From Gemmatimonadales bacterium (lineage in GTDB: Bacteria > Gemmatimonadota > Gemmatimonadetes > Gemmatimonadales > GWC2-71-9), in NCBI GenBank assembly GCA_035249825.1, contig DATFFX010000182.1, positions 1-27,378 of the forward strand: 27,378 bases of DNA. The letters are read 5' to 3'. Positions 7,999 to 15,567 of this stretch are shown one piece after another. Position numbers and translations under genes: made by a program. The stretch's first letter is position 1; every line of letters starts with the position of its first letter. The notes below the pieces were generated by a model. It did no database searches and was not told the DNA's origin. It saw nothing but the letters and a program-made list of their open reading frames with translations.

Positions 7999-8853
7999 AT
8001 GGGTGTTGGCACTCTCCTTCAGGACACACGAGCCCGGTTTGGGCTGGCGGTGCTCGCGATGGCCGCGATATTCGCGGTGATTGCTCCCCTGGTGGCCGTA
8101 GATCCTTCGGTACAGCGCGATATCGTGGCGACCCGCTTTCTCGCACCGTTCACCACTGACCTGCACGGCACCTTCCATCTGCTCGGCACCGACCGGTTCG
8201 GACGCGACGTATGGGCCCGCCTGGTATTCGGCGCCAGGGTGTCGCTGAGTGTGGGAGTGCTCGCAGTGCTGCTCTCGGTCGTAATCGGGCTGGCCATCGG
8301 GGCGGCGGCTGGATTCTGGCAAGGCCGTGTCGGCGTCCTACTCCTGGGGCTGACTGATTTTGCGCTGGCACTACCTCGAGTGGTGCTCCTGTTGCTCCTG
8401 GCTTCACTCTGGCAGCCGAGCGCGGCACTCGTCATCATAGTCCTGGGACTGACCGGCTGGATGACTATCGCGCGCCTGGTCCACAGTGAAGTCCGGGCAC
8501 TGGCCGCCCGGCCATTCGTCGAGAGCGCGGTAGCGCTGGGAGTGAAGGGCCCCCGAGTCCTGGTGCGACATATCCTGCCCAATGCCCTGACCCCGGTTAT
8601 CGTAGCAGCGGCGCTCGGCGTGGGGAACGCTATCATGCTCGAGGCAGGCCTCTCGTTTCTTGGCCTCGGTGTGCAGCCACCCACGCCTTCATGGGGCAAC
8701 CTGATTGCCTCGGGACGGGATACACTCGTCAACGCGCCCTGGGTGGCTACCGCACCAGGGGTCGCGTTGGTGCTGGTGGTCGTAGCGGCCACGTTGCTGG
8801 GGGATGCGGTACGAGACCGGCTGGATCCGGCGGGGAAGCGGGTAAGCGGGTAA
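7999..8853 (+). CDS. ABC transporter permease (OppC/DppC-like)
   Basis: Motifs HLLGTDRFGRDVWARLVFGARVSL, ESAVALG...RHILPN, EAGLSFLGLGVQPPTPSWG and DAVRDRLDP. Starts immediately after the oppB-like stop. Confidence 0.93.
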   Translation: MGVGTLLQDTRARFGLAVLAMAAIFAVIAPLVAVDPSVQRDIVATRFLAPFTTDLHGTFHLLGTDRFGRDVWARLVFGARVSLSVGVLAVLLSVVIGLAIGAAAGFWQGRVGVLLLGLTDFALALPRVVLLLLLASLWQPSAALVIIVLGLTGWMTIARLVHSEVRALAARPFVESAVALGVKGPRVLVRHILPNALTPVIVAAALGVGNAIMLEAGLSFLGLGVQPPTPSWGNLIASGRDTLVNAPWVATAPGVALVLVVVAATLLGDAVRDRLDPAGKRVSG

Positions 8854-8886
8854 GTGGGGAAGCGGGGAAGCGGGGAAGCGGGAAGT
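8830..8886 (+). repeat. Tandem G-rich octamer array, consensus GCGGG(G/T)AA, about 7 copies
   Basis: GCGGGGAA GCGGGTAA GCGGGTAA GTGGGGAA GCGGGGAA GCGGGGAA GCGGGAA GT, read directly from the sequence. Confidence 0.9.
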
Positions 8887-8893
8887 GAATGAT

Positions 8894-9089
8894 TGTCACT
8901 CTGAGCGAAGCGAGGGGACCGAAACTCAATCAGCTATGAAGTCCCATCGAGTCATCGTACGCCAATTCGCCAGGATCGACACTCTTCGGGCGGGGTCGAC
9001 TCGATCACACGAAGAGGCTGTAGTTGAACCGCAGTTCTGGCTCCTTCGCGGAGTTTACCCTGAGCGTAGTCGAAGGGCTCAGGATGACA
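8894..9089. repeat. REP/MITE-like palindromic element with TGTCA...TGACA ends
   Basis: The left arm TGTCACTCTGAGCGAAGCGAGGGGACC (8894-8920) is an imperfect inverted complement of the right arm GGCTCCTTCGC...GCTCAGGATGACA (9039-9089). The right arm contains an internal CCTGAGC/GCTCAGG hairpin. Confidence 0.7.
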
Positions 9090-9108
9090 ACGGTTGTTAC
9101 CCTCCTGA

Positions 9109-9150
9109 CTTACCACTTCCCCGCTTCCCCGCGTTCCCGCTTACTTCCCC
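9109..9150 (-). repeat. Inverted copy of the G-rich octamer array
   Basis: The minus strand reads GGGGAA GTAA GCGGGAAC GCGGGGAA GCGGGGAA GTGGTAA G. Confidence 0.85.
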
Positions 9151-9641
9151 GTCCACCGGGCTGACCCCAGCACCTCATCGATTTTTTTCTCCAGCACCGT
9201 AAGGGCCCCGGGCACTCCGCGGCACCCGTAGTCGTGCACTATTCTCTTGCTGCGTCCTCGGAATGTTGCCGAGCTGATAGCGGAAGGAGAGTCGGTGGAA
9301 TAGCGGCGACAGGTGGGTTCGGGCGGAGCGTACCGGTCGGCGAAGGTGAAGAAGCCGGCCCGCTCCAGCTCGAGAAGTAGTTCGTCTACCTGCTTGGGCG
9401 GAATCTGACCCGTAGCGGTTCCCATATGCCGCACACCGGACTTGCCCTGGTACGTCACCAGGCCCGCCGGCGATACGGACACCCGATAGACCGGACATCC
9501 TCCGAAGCATGGTGTGCGCTCCAGGCTCACAGCCGGTCCGGAAGCAGCGGCGACCCGATCAGCGGCGTCCTGGGGTGCTGCCGACCCACGTGGCATGCAG
9601 GCGGTGAGTCCGACCAGCAGAATCGGGATGAAGCACCTCAT
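9141..9641 (-). CDS. DUF6438-like lipoprotein
   Basis: Lipobox LTAC, the motif SLERTPCFGGCPVYRV and further Cys (TC...DSP, HDYGC). TGATG overlap with the upstream peptidase gene. Confidence 0.75.
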   Translation of the reverse strand: MRCFIPILLVGLTACMPRGSAAPQDAADRVAAASGPAVSLERTPCFGGCPVYRVSVSPAGLVTYQGKSGVRHMGTATGQIPPKQVDELLLELERAGFFTFADRYAPPEPTCRRYSTDSPSAISSATFRGRSKRIVHDYGCRGVPGALTVLEKKIDEVLGSARWTGK

Positions 9642-11839
9642 CAGCGCGCTACCGGCACCCGTCGGACGCTGCTTCGGATGCCGTCCGAGAGCACGACATC
9701 CACTTCACGCGTCTGACTCACCAGCTCGGCGTATCCACCCCGGGCGAAGGACAGTACCTCACCGGTCTGGACATCGCGCACCATGGCCATGGGATGAGTG
9801 CGTGCGTCCCACTGCACTCCTACCCGGCCGGCTGAGACGAGCCGGAGTTGGGGTACATCCCTGACCGCACCGCCGGACAGCGACTGCGTGCGGGTTCGCG
9901 CGACCTGGCCGATGGGGCCGGCGAGCCGAAGGCTTGTTAAGCGCGCAGCCTGAGCCGAGGCCACCGGCACTGCGAACACGAAGCTCTTGTGATCTCCAGG
10001 GGCATCCGCGACCTCACGCGGGGAGAAGGAGAAGCTGAAGAGCCTGCCTCCACCTTCAGTCGTCGCCTCGAGGGAATACGGGCCCGGGCGAGACGGCAGA
10101 GTGGGCCGGGTGTTCACATGAAATGATGGCTCCAGCACCATCACGCCGTTTCGAATGTGACCCCATACCAGCAGACAGGGCTGCACCGCTCCGAGCCCGG
10201 CACCATCCGCGGACACGATGGGCGGCGGTGAAATGAGATAGTTCATGACCGCTTTGTAGGTGTAGTCACCGATCCACTTGGGATCGCAATAGCCCATGAT
10301 GTCGCTGGTACTGGCGGGCTTCAGGCTCTGCTCCGCAACATCAACTCCATATACTCCGATTCTTCCATCTGCATGCGGATATCCGTTGTCCACCCCGCTC
10401 GGGCCTCCACAAGGGGCATGGTTTCGCCCCCAGTTGTGCCCCAATTCGTGCGCCGCCACAGCGGCGCCACTCGGCAAGTAGTCCCAGCCCAGAGCGCTGC
10501 GCTCACTGGCGCCGTTACTCACGTATGCCACCCCGGCCACCCCGCTGGTGTAGGACACCTTGGCCACGCCGTAGTAGTAGCGTGAGCTTCCCTCGGCCAC
10601 CCGAAGCGCATCGATTTCCTCCAGAATAGTTCCCCAGGCACTGTTGCCGTTGTCGTCCTGGAGGGTGTCCGTGGTGGTGGTCGTGTAGGGCGCATGTACC
10701 GCCGTGTTATAGACGGCGATAGGGTGCATCTTCCGGGCGAGTGCCACGTACTCATCTCTGTTGCCGATCGTGACGTTCCCAACGTCTCCGCGCAGCGCGT
10801 GTTGTTTCTGAATGACGGGCACGAAGGTCAGGTTGAGGGTCGGCACCGTTTGAACAACCGGCGCGGGGGGCGTCGCCAGGTTGTCGGTCTCGTCGCTTTC
10901 GGGCACCGTCCCTGTTGGGTCAATCTCCGCTTCGATTCGGAACCCGGGTTGAATCAGTGTCCCCGACATCGGTGTGTTCCAGGAACGGCTGAGTGAACTC
11001 TCATCAACCGCCGTCGGGACTGAAAGGCCAGGCGGCGGGATCAACACCTCGGAAGCCAATACACTCGAGCTGTTGTATACCCGGACCCGTACGGCCGGGG
11101 CCGCGGTATTGGTGCGAGTGGCCACGGCGAATACCCGCAGGTAACCGTTTCGGTCCTGCACCAGCGGAACCCCGTTCGCAAAGGTCTGAGCGCTTTGCGT
11201 CACATAGAGCCCGGCTATACGCAAATTGAGCTCACCGCTGCTGGGCGGGGCGTAGCTTACGGTGGCACTGTCAGTTCCCGACCCAGATACGGTGACACTT
11301 TGAGTGGCGGACGTGGCCGTGTGTGGAGTGCCGCCGGTGGCGACGACGTCCTGGGCTGAGATGGTATAGGTGCCTGGGGTGAGGCTGAACAGTGTCTCGG
11401 ATGCGCCAATGCTGCGGCTATAGCTCCCCGGACCGGTGATCGTCACCGCCGCGTCACTGCGCGTGCCGAGTCCGGTGATGGTTACGCTGAGGTTACCGGT
11501 ACCAGCCGAGTAGAGGACCGACAGGCTGGCCGTGGAGCCACTCACTGACACGTCCTGCGTCTCTGGCGTACCGATGTAGATGGAGGAGCCTACGGTCACC
11601 GGGTTGGCCGTCAGGGTGTAGGTGCCCGGAGCAAGGTCGCTGAGAACCTGGGCGCCCGTGACCCCCTGGCTGTAGCCGCCGGGGCCGGTGACAACCAGAT
11701 CCGCTGAGGTGCCAGAGGGAAGCCCCGAGATCGATATGGAGAGATTACCGGCGCTCACGCCACTGGGCCCTTCGCTGCACGCGAGGGCAAGTCCGAACAG
11801 GGTGAGAGCAAAAAGCTGCTTCCGCGAGATCAGCGGCAC
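9641..11839 (-). CDS. Secreted or lipoprotein zinc metallopeptidase (metzincin, M66-like) with two Ig-like repeats
   Basis: Zinc motif HELGHNWGRNHAPCG (10418-10450) followed by DIMGYC (Met-turn). Lipobox ALAC. Two roughly 84-aa S/T/G-rich repeats. The start is probably GTG at 11839 (AGGA upstream); the ORF track starts at 11875. Confidence 0.8.
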   Translation of the reverse strand: MPLISRKQLFALTLFGLALACSEGPSGVSAGNLSISISGLPSGTSADLVVTGPGGYSQGVTGAQVLSDLAPGTYTLTANPVTVGSSIYIGTPETQDVSVSGSTASLSVLYSAGTGNLSVTITGLGTRSDAAVTITGPGSYSRSIGASETLFSLTPGTYTISAQDVVATGGTPHTATSATQSVTVSGSGTDSATVSYAPPSSGELNLRIAGLYVTQSAQTFANGVPLVQDRNGYLRVFAVATRTNTAAPAVRVRVYNSSSVLASEVLIPPPGLSVPTAVDESSLSRSWNTPMSGTLIQPGFRIEAEIDPTGTVPESDETDNLATPPAPVVQTVPTLNLTFVPVIQKQHALRGDVGNVTIGNRDEYVALARKMHPIAVYNTAVHAPYTTTTTDTLQDDNGNSAWGTILEEIDALRVAEGSSRYYYGVAKVSYTSGVAGVAYVSNGASERSALGWDYLPSGAAVAAHELGHNWGRNHAPCGGPSGVDNGYPHADGRIGVYGVDVAEQSLKPASTSDIMGYCDPKWIGDYTYKAVMNYLISPPPIVSADGAGLGAVQPCLLVWGHIRNGVMVLEPSFHVNTRPTLPSRPGPYSLEATTEGGGRLFSFSFSPREVADAPGDHKSFVFAVPVASAQAARLTSLRLAGPIGQVARTRTQSLSGGAVRDVPQLRLVSAGRVGVQWDARTHPMAMVRDVQTGEVLSFARGGYAELVSQTREVDVVLSDGIRSSVRRVPVAR

Positions 11840-12024
11840 GATGCGGTTCCTAGTCTGGGCCCTTGGGTCTGGCATTCTGCACGCCGATGGGTGAACGCAG
11901 CTCGGCTGGAGACCTGCCGATCAATCTATCTGGAGTAAGTCTCGGCAGAGGTACCCATAGGAGCGCTGAACGGGACCTTTTTTCGCTGGTCCGGCAAAGG
12001 TTGCGCCACAGGGCAACTCTCTCC

Positions 12025-12052
12025 TTGACTTGCCGGAGATTGCGCGTAGGTT
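12025..12052 (+). promoter_or_regulatory. Candidate sigma70 promoter for the GlcG/HbpS gene
   Basis: TTGACT-N16-TAGGTT, about 120 nt upstream of the ATG at 12170. Confidence 0.35.
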
Positions 12053-12169
12053 GGCCGCTCACGGGACCCTGCTAGGAACCGCACCACTGGACCACGGCCC
12101 CGGAGCGCTGAGCTACCTGGATGTAACTCGGCGTTTCTCATACACCATCAATCAGAAAGAGGTGGGCTG

Positions 12170-12964
12170 ATGCGCGTGCGAACCCGCGGAACGCTGAGTG
12201 CCGCCCTCGGCTGCATGCTCCTCCTGGGAGCAGCGGGCTGCGGTGATGATGATGACAATGACGACGGCGGATTGAATCCGCCGGCGACCGAAGGGCTCCC
12301 GAGTCATGACCAGTTAGTGCAGGCGCTCGAAGCCGCCCGTGCCACGCCGAATGGCGGCTTCAACCTGGAAATGTGGGCCACCGTGGTGGACCGGTCGGGT
12401 ATCGTCGTGGCCGTAGCCTTTACCGGAGCTCAGGAAGGCGATCAGTGGCCGGGTAGTCGTGTGATCTCGGCTCAGAAGGCCAACACCGCAAATGCCTTCA
12501 GCCTGCCCTCGCTGGCGCTCTCAACTGCCAATCTGTTCACCGCCACCCAGCCGGGGGGCAGTCTTTTCGGGCTGCAGGAGAGCAACCCGGTGAATCCCGA
12601 CGTGGCGTACGGCGGGAATGTGGCCGACTATGGCACTACGAGGGACTTCATGGTGGGCAAGCGCATCGGCGGGATCAACGTGTTCGGTGGTGGGCTGCCC
12701 CTCTACACGGCCGACGGGACTCTGGTAGGGGCAGTGGGTGTGAGCGGCGACAGCTCGTGCGCCGACCACAACATCGCGTGGAAAGTGCGCGATGGGCTCG
12801 CGCTCGACAACATACCTGGCGGCGTGAGCAGCACGGCAGACGACAATATCGTGTATGACATCTCGGGCGGCACGAGTGCCAGCGGGTGGGGCCATCCAGA
12901 GTGTTCGGCCGAGGCGACGGCCATCGGTAATGGCCTGCCAACCACGAATCCGGTCGGGCCCTGA
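12170..12964 (+). CDS. GlcG/HbpS family heme-binding lipoprotein
   Basis: Lipobox AAGC; motifs ATVVDRSG, AQKANTA and FGGGLPLY...VGAVGVSG. SD AGAGGT. Confidence 0.82.
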   Translation: MRVRTRGTLSAALGCMLLLGAAGCGDDDDNDDGGLNPPATEGLPSHDQLVQALEAARATPNGGFNLEMWATVVDRSGIVVAVAFTGAQEGDQWPGSRVISAQKANTANAFSLPSLALSTANLFTATQPGGSLFGLQESNPVNPDVAYGGNVADYGTTRDFMVGKRIGGINVFGGGLPLYTADGTLVGAVGVSGDSSCADHNIAWKVRDGLALDNIPGGVSSTADDNIVYDISGGTSASGWGHPECSAEATAIGNGLPTTNPVGP

Positions 12965-12988
12965 TTCATGAGCTGCGGTGGTGCTCTC

Positions 12989-13411
12989 TCAGGTGACATC
13001 CCGCTTGCGGGTGCACCGCCGCACTTCCTCCAGGAGCCGCTCGGCTGGGAACGGCTTCGCTAGAATCGCACATGGTGCGCTAATGCCGAGCTCGGCCAAC
13101 GCCGCGGTCGCGTATCCCGACATGAGAATGACCGGAATATCGGGACACGCAGTCGAGAGCGCCTGCATCAGCTCGACCCCGTTCATCCGCGGCATGACGA
13201 TATCCGAGACCACCGCGTCGAACGTCCGTCCGCATTTGATCAGCTCGAAGGCCTCGGCCCCATCACAGGCCTCAACTACCCCATAACCTTCTCGCTCCAG
13301 CACCCGCACGGCAAAGCGGCGGACGGCACCCTCATCGTCCACTATGAGAATGGAGGGACCTTCACCGGCGGGCACTGGCACCGCGGACGCGAGATCGTCG
13401 AGAGTCTTCAT
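12989..13411 (-). CDS. Single-domain response regulator (receiver)
   Basis: ILIVDDE, phospho-acceptor SDIVMPRMNG, MSGY and KPF. No output domain. Confidence 0.92.
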   Translation of the reverse strand: MKTLDDLASAVPVPAGEGPSILIVDDEGAVRRFAVRVLEREGYGVVEACDGAEAFELIKCGRTFDAVVSDIVMPRMNGVELMQALSTACPDIPVILMSGYATAALAELGISAPCAILAKPFPAERLLEEVRRCTRKRDVT

Positions 13412-13473
13412 TCCGATTTTCGGTAAGAGATGGGGTCAATCTAATCCAGCCGATCGGTTCAGTCATCGCCAGA

Positions 13474-13896
13474 TCATGGCGAAAACCTGGGACCTGCCGC
13501 AGATCTGCTCCGCAGCGCATCCAGACTCCAGGGACCGGCCCCAACTGCTCCGAAGTAAAGCCAAAGGCAGCAGAACAGTGCCGCGAGCTCTCCACCGTTC
13601 AAGTTGGGCCAGAACCCCCGCGGGGCGTGACTCTTCAAGTAGGCGATGGCCATTTCTCCCGCCAGGACGAATGCTACGGGCCGGGTAAACAGCCCTAGCA
13701 GCAGAAGGAGCCCTCCGAAGACCTCCAGAACGCCCGCCAGTCCCATGAGCGACAGCAGAGGAACCGGATCTTTCGGTTCCGATACCGGGTAGGCGAACAG
13801 CTTCTGAGTACCGTGCAACATGAAAAGAAACGCTGCAACGATGCGTAAGACGCTCTGCAGGCGAGCACCCCACGCCGCTGGAATTGGACCGTTCAT
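13474..13896 (-). CDS. DoxX family membrane protein
   Basis: LRIVAAFLFMLHGTQKLF, LEVFGGLLLLLGLFTRPVA, GGELA and GAGPWSLD. SD GAGGAG. Confidence 0.9.
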   Translation of the reverse strand: MNGPIPAAWGARLQSVLRIVAAFLFMLHGTQKLFAYPVSEPKDPVPLLSLMGLAGVLEVFGGLLLLLGLFTRPVAFVLAGEMAIAYLKSHAPRGFWPNLNGGELAALFCCLWLYFGAVGAGPWSLDALRSRSAAGPRFSP

Positions 13897-13919
13897 ACCA
13901 CTAACTCCTCTACTTGCGA

Positions 13920-15074
13920 TTATGGCCGCAAGGCGCGGTGCGCTCGCAGGATCCGGAGAACCTCGGCTATCGGGAGCGCCTCCACGGTACCGCCCCGTGA
14001 TGTCGCCGTGGTGGCTCTGAACAACGAATTGTAGATGGCCTCCTCGGTAGCTTCCACCACAGCCTGGAAAAGGCTGGACATCTCCTCGTTCGCCAGCTCG
14101 GTACCGGCATGGCGGATCTCGCGAGCTTGCCGCCTCACCTCGGGGCTGGTGGAGAATGCAATGACGTAGTCGCCCGATCCGTTGGAAGCCACTGAACCGG
14201 TTTTCCCGACGCCGAGCATGGCGCGACTCGCCAGGCGCCGGAGGTTTCGGTCGGACAGCGGAGCATCGGTGGCCACGACAATCATGATGGAGCCCCGGGC
14301 ACCCTGAGATTCAGTCTTTGCCCTCACTCCGTTCCGGCCCAGAGCGCGGCCGACGGGCACCCCGAGGATCTGGAGGTCTCCTCCGAAATTCGATTGAACC
14401 AGCACCCCGACGGTCCAGCCACTGTCCGCTCTGGTGAGCCGCGAGGAGGTCCCGATGCCACCCTTCCAGCCAAAGGCGATAGTGCCCGCGCCCGCGCCGA
14501 CACTTCCCTCGACGACAGGGCCTGATGCAGCGCGGGTCAACGCATGGCGCACATCGCCCGGCGAGAGAGGACGGTTTCGGATGGCGTTCAGCACATAGCC
14601 ATCGTTGGTCTCGCCTACCACGGGATTGATGGAGCGCACCGCTTCCATACCAGACAACTCCAGGAGGTACGCGGCCATGGCATCGGCCGCTCTCCAGACA
14701 CACAGCGTGCAGGTGAGCAGAATCGGAGTCTCCAGCTCCCCAAGCTCGGTGACCTGGGTGACACCGATCAGCTTGCCGAACCCGTTTCCCACGTGGATTG
14801 CCGCGGGAACTCGGTCGAAGAAGAGATTGCCCGGGTGTGGGAGTATCGCCGTGATGCCGGTGCGGATCGAGTCGCCCAGTGTCACGGTGATCTGTCCAAT
14901 GCGGACACCCGCCACGTCGGTGATCGCATTGTGAGTTCCAGGAAGGAGCAGCCCCGGAGCTATTCCGAGGTCACGAGCTCGTGGCCTTTCCTGCGCTTGC
15001 AGCAGGTTTACCCACAGCAGCGCGAGCAGCATGGCATGGCGTAGCATCGGCGGCCGCCTCGAAGACCATGTCAT
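13920..15074 (-). CDS. DmpA/P1 family (S58) Ntn-type aminopeptidase, probably exported
   Basis: NAITDVAGVRIG, GNGFGKLIG, VGETNDG, EGSVGAGAG, VQSNFGG, autoprocessing site G|SIMIVVATDAPL and NGSGD. The N-terminus resembles a signal peptide. ATGA overlap with NUDIX. Confidence 0.9.
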   Translation of the reverse strand: MTWSSRRPPMLRHAMLLALLWVNLLQAQERPRARDLGIAPGLLLPGTHNAITDVAGVRIGQITVTLGDSIRTGITAILPHPGNLFFDRVPAAIHVGNGFGKLIGVTQVTELGELETPILLTCTLCVWRAADAMAAYLLELSGMEAVRSINPVVGETNDGYVLNAIRNRPLSPGDVRHALTRAASGPVVEGSVGAGAGTIAFGWKGGIGTSSRLTRADSGWTVGVLVQSNFGGDLQILGVPVGRALGRNGVRAKTESQGARGSIMIVVATDAPLSDRNLRRLASRAMLGVGKTGSVASNGSGDYVIAFSTSPEVRRQAREIRHAGTELANEEMSSLFQAVVEATEEAIYNSLFRATTATSRGGTVEALPIAEVLRILRAHRALRP

Positions 15075-15556
15075 GCCGCGGGGTCCGGTTCCAGGAGCGC
15101 CGACTCGAGCCGATCGATGAACTCAGCCTGCGCCGGGTTGATCTTGTGCCGTGCCGAATGGGGGTCGAACCAGGCGCAGCGGTCCACTTCGGGAAAGGTG
15201 ATGATGCGTCCCGATCCCCGGGGCCACTCGGTGCGCATGGTGTTGCTGGTTACGCGCTCGGCATCAGCATCGCCTTCCCAGGCCCAGGCGTGTACCAGCT
15301 TGCCCGCCTTCTGACGGATACTGCCCAGCGGAAGGTACGGTCCCGCGGGACGCACACCGGTTTCTTCCTCGAATTCCCGGCAGGCTGCCGCAATCAGATC
15401 CTCGCCGGCCTCGGCCACACCTTTAGGGATCGTCCAGGCACCCGCTTCGCGGTTGTGCCAGAACGGTCCTCCCGGATGAGCCAGAAACAGTTCCAGGTGG
15501 CCCGAGGAGCGGCGGTACAGCAGCAGCCCCGCGCTCGATTTCGAGGACTTCACCAT
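15071..15556 (-). CDS. NUDIX hydrolase
   Basis: Nudix box GVAEAGEDLIAAACREFEEETG, plus SAGLLLYR, HPGGPFW and FPEVDR. The start is taken as ATG 15556 (MVKSS), not 15814. Confidence 0.9.
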   Translation of the reverse strand: MVKSSKSSAGLLLYRRSSGHLELFLAHPGGPFWHNREAGAWTIPKGVAEAGEDLIAAACREFEEETGVRPAGPYLPLGSIRQKAGKLVHAWAWEGDADAERVTSNTMRTEWPRGSGRIITFPEVDRCAWFDPHSARHKINPAQAEFIDRLESALLEPDPAA

Positions 15557-15567
15557 CGGCGCGCGGC

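Noticed and set aside
6973-8322. 449-aa minus-strand ORF
   Set aside because: Antisense to two clear ABC permeases, with no recognisable domain.
8830-9150. Possible CRISPR array or IS element
   Set aside because: The units are 8-nt tandem repeats without spacers, and no cas or transposase gene is present.
8885-9202. 105-aa ORF (MNDCHSERSEG...PERSRRAQDD)
   Set aside because: It is a translation of the REP-like arms and overlaps the end of the DUF6438 gene on the opposite strand; probably spurious.
11991-12037. c-di-GMP-I riboswitch (GGCAAA-led stem)
   Set aside because: The downstream GACGCAAA element and the GNRA-capped P2 stem are absent.
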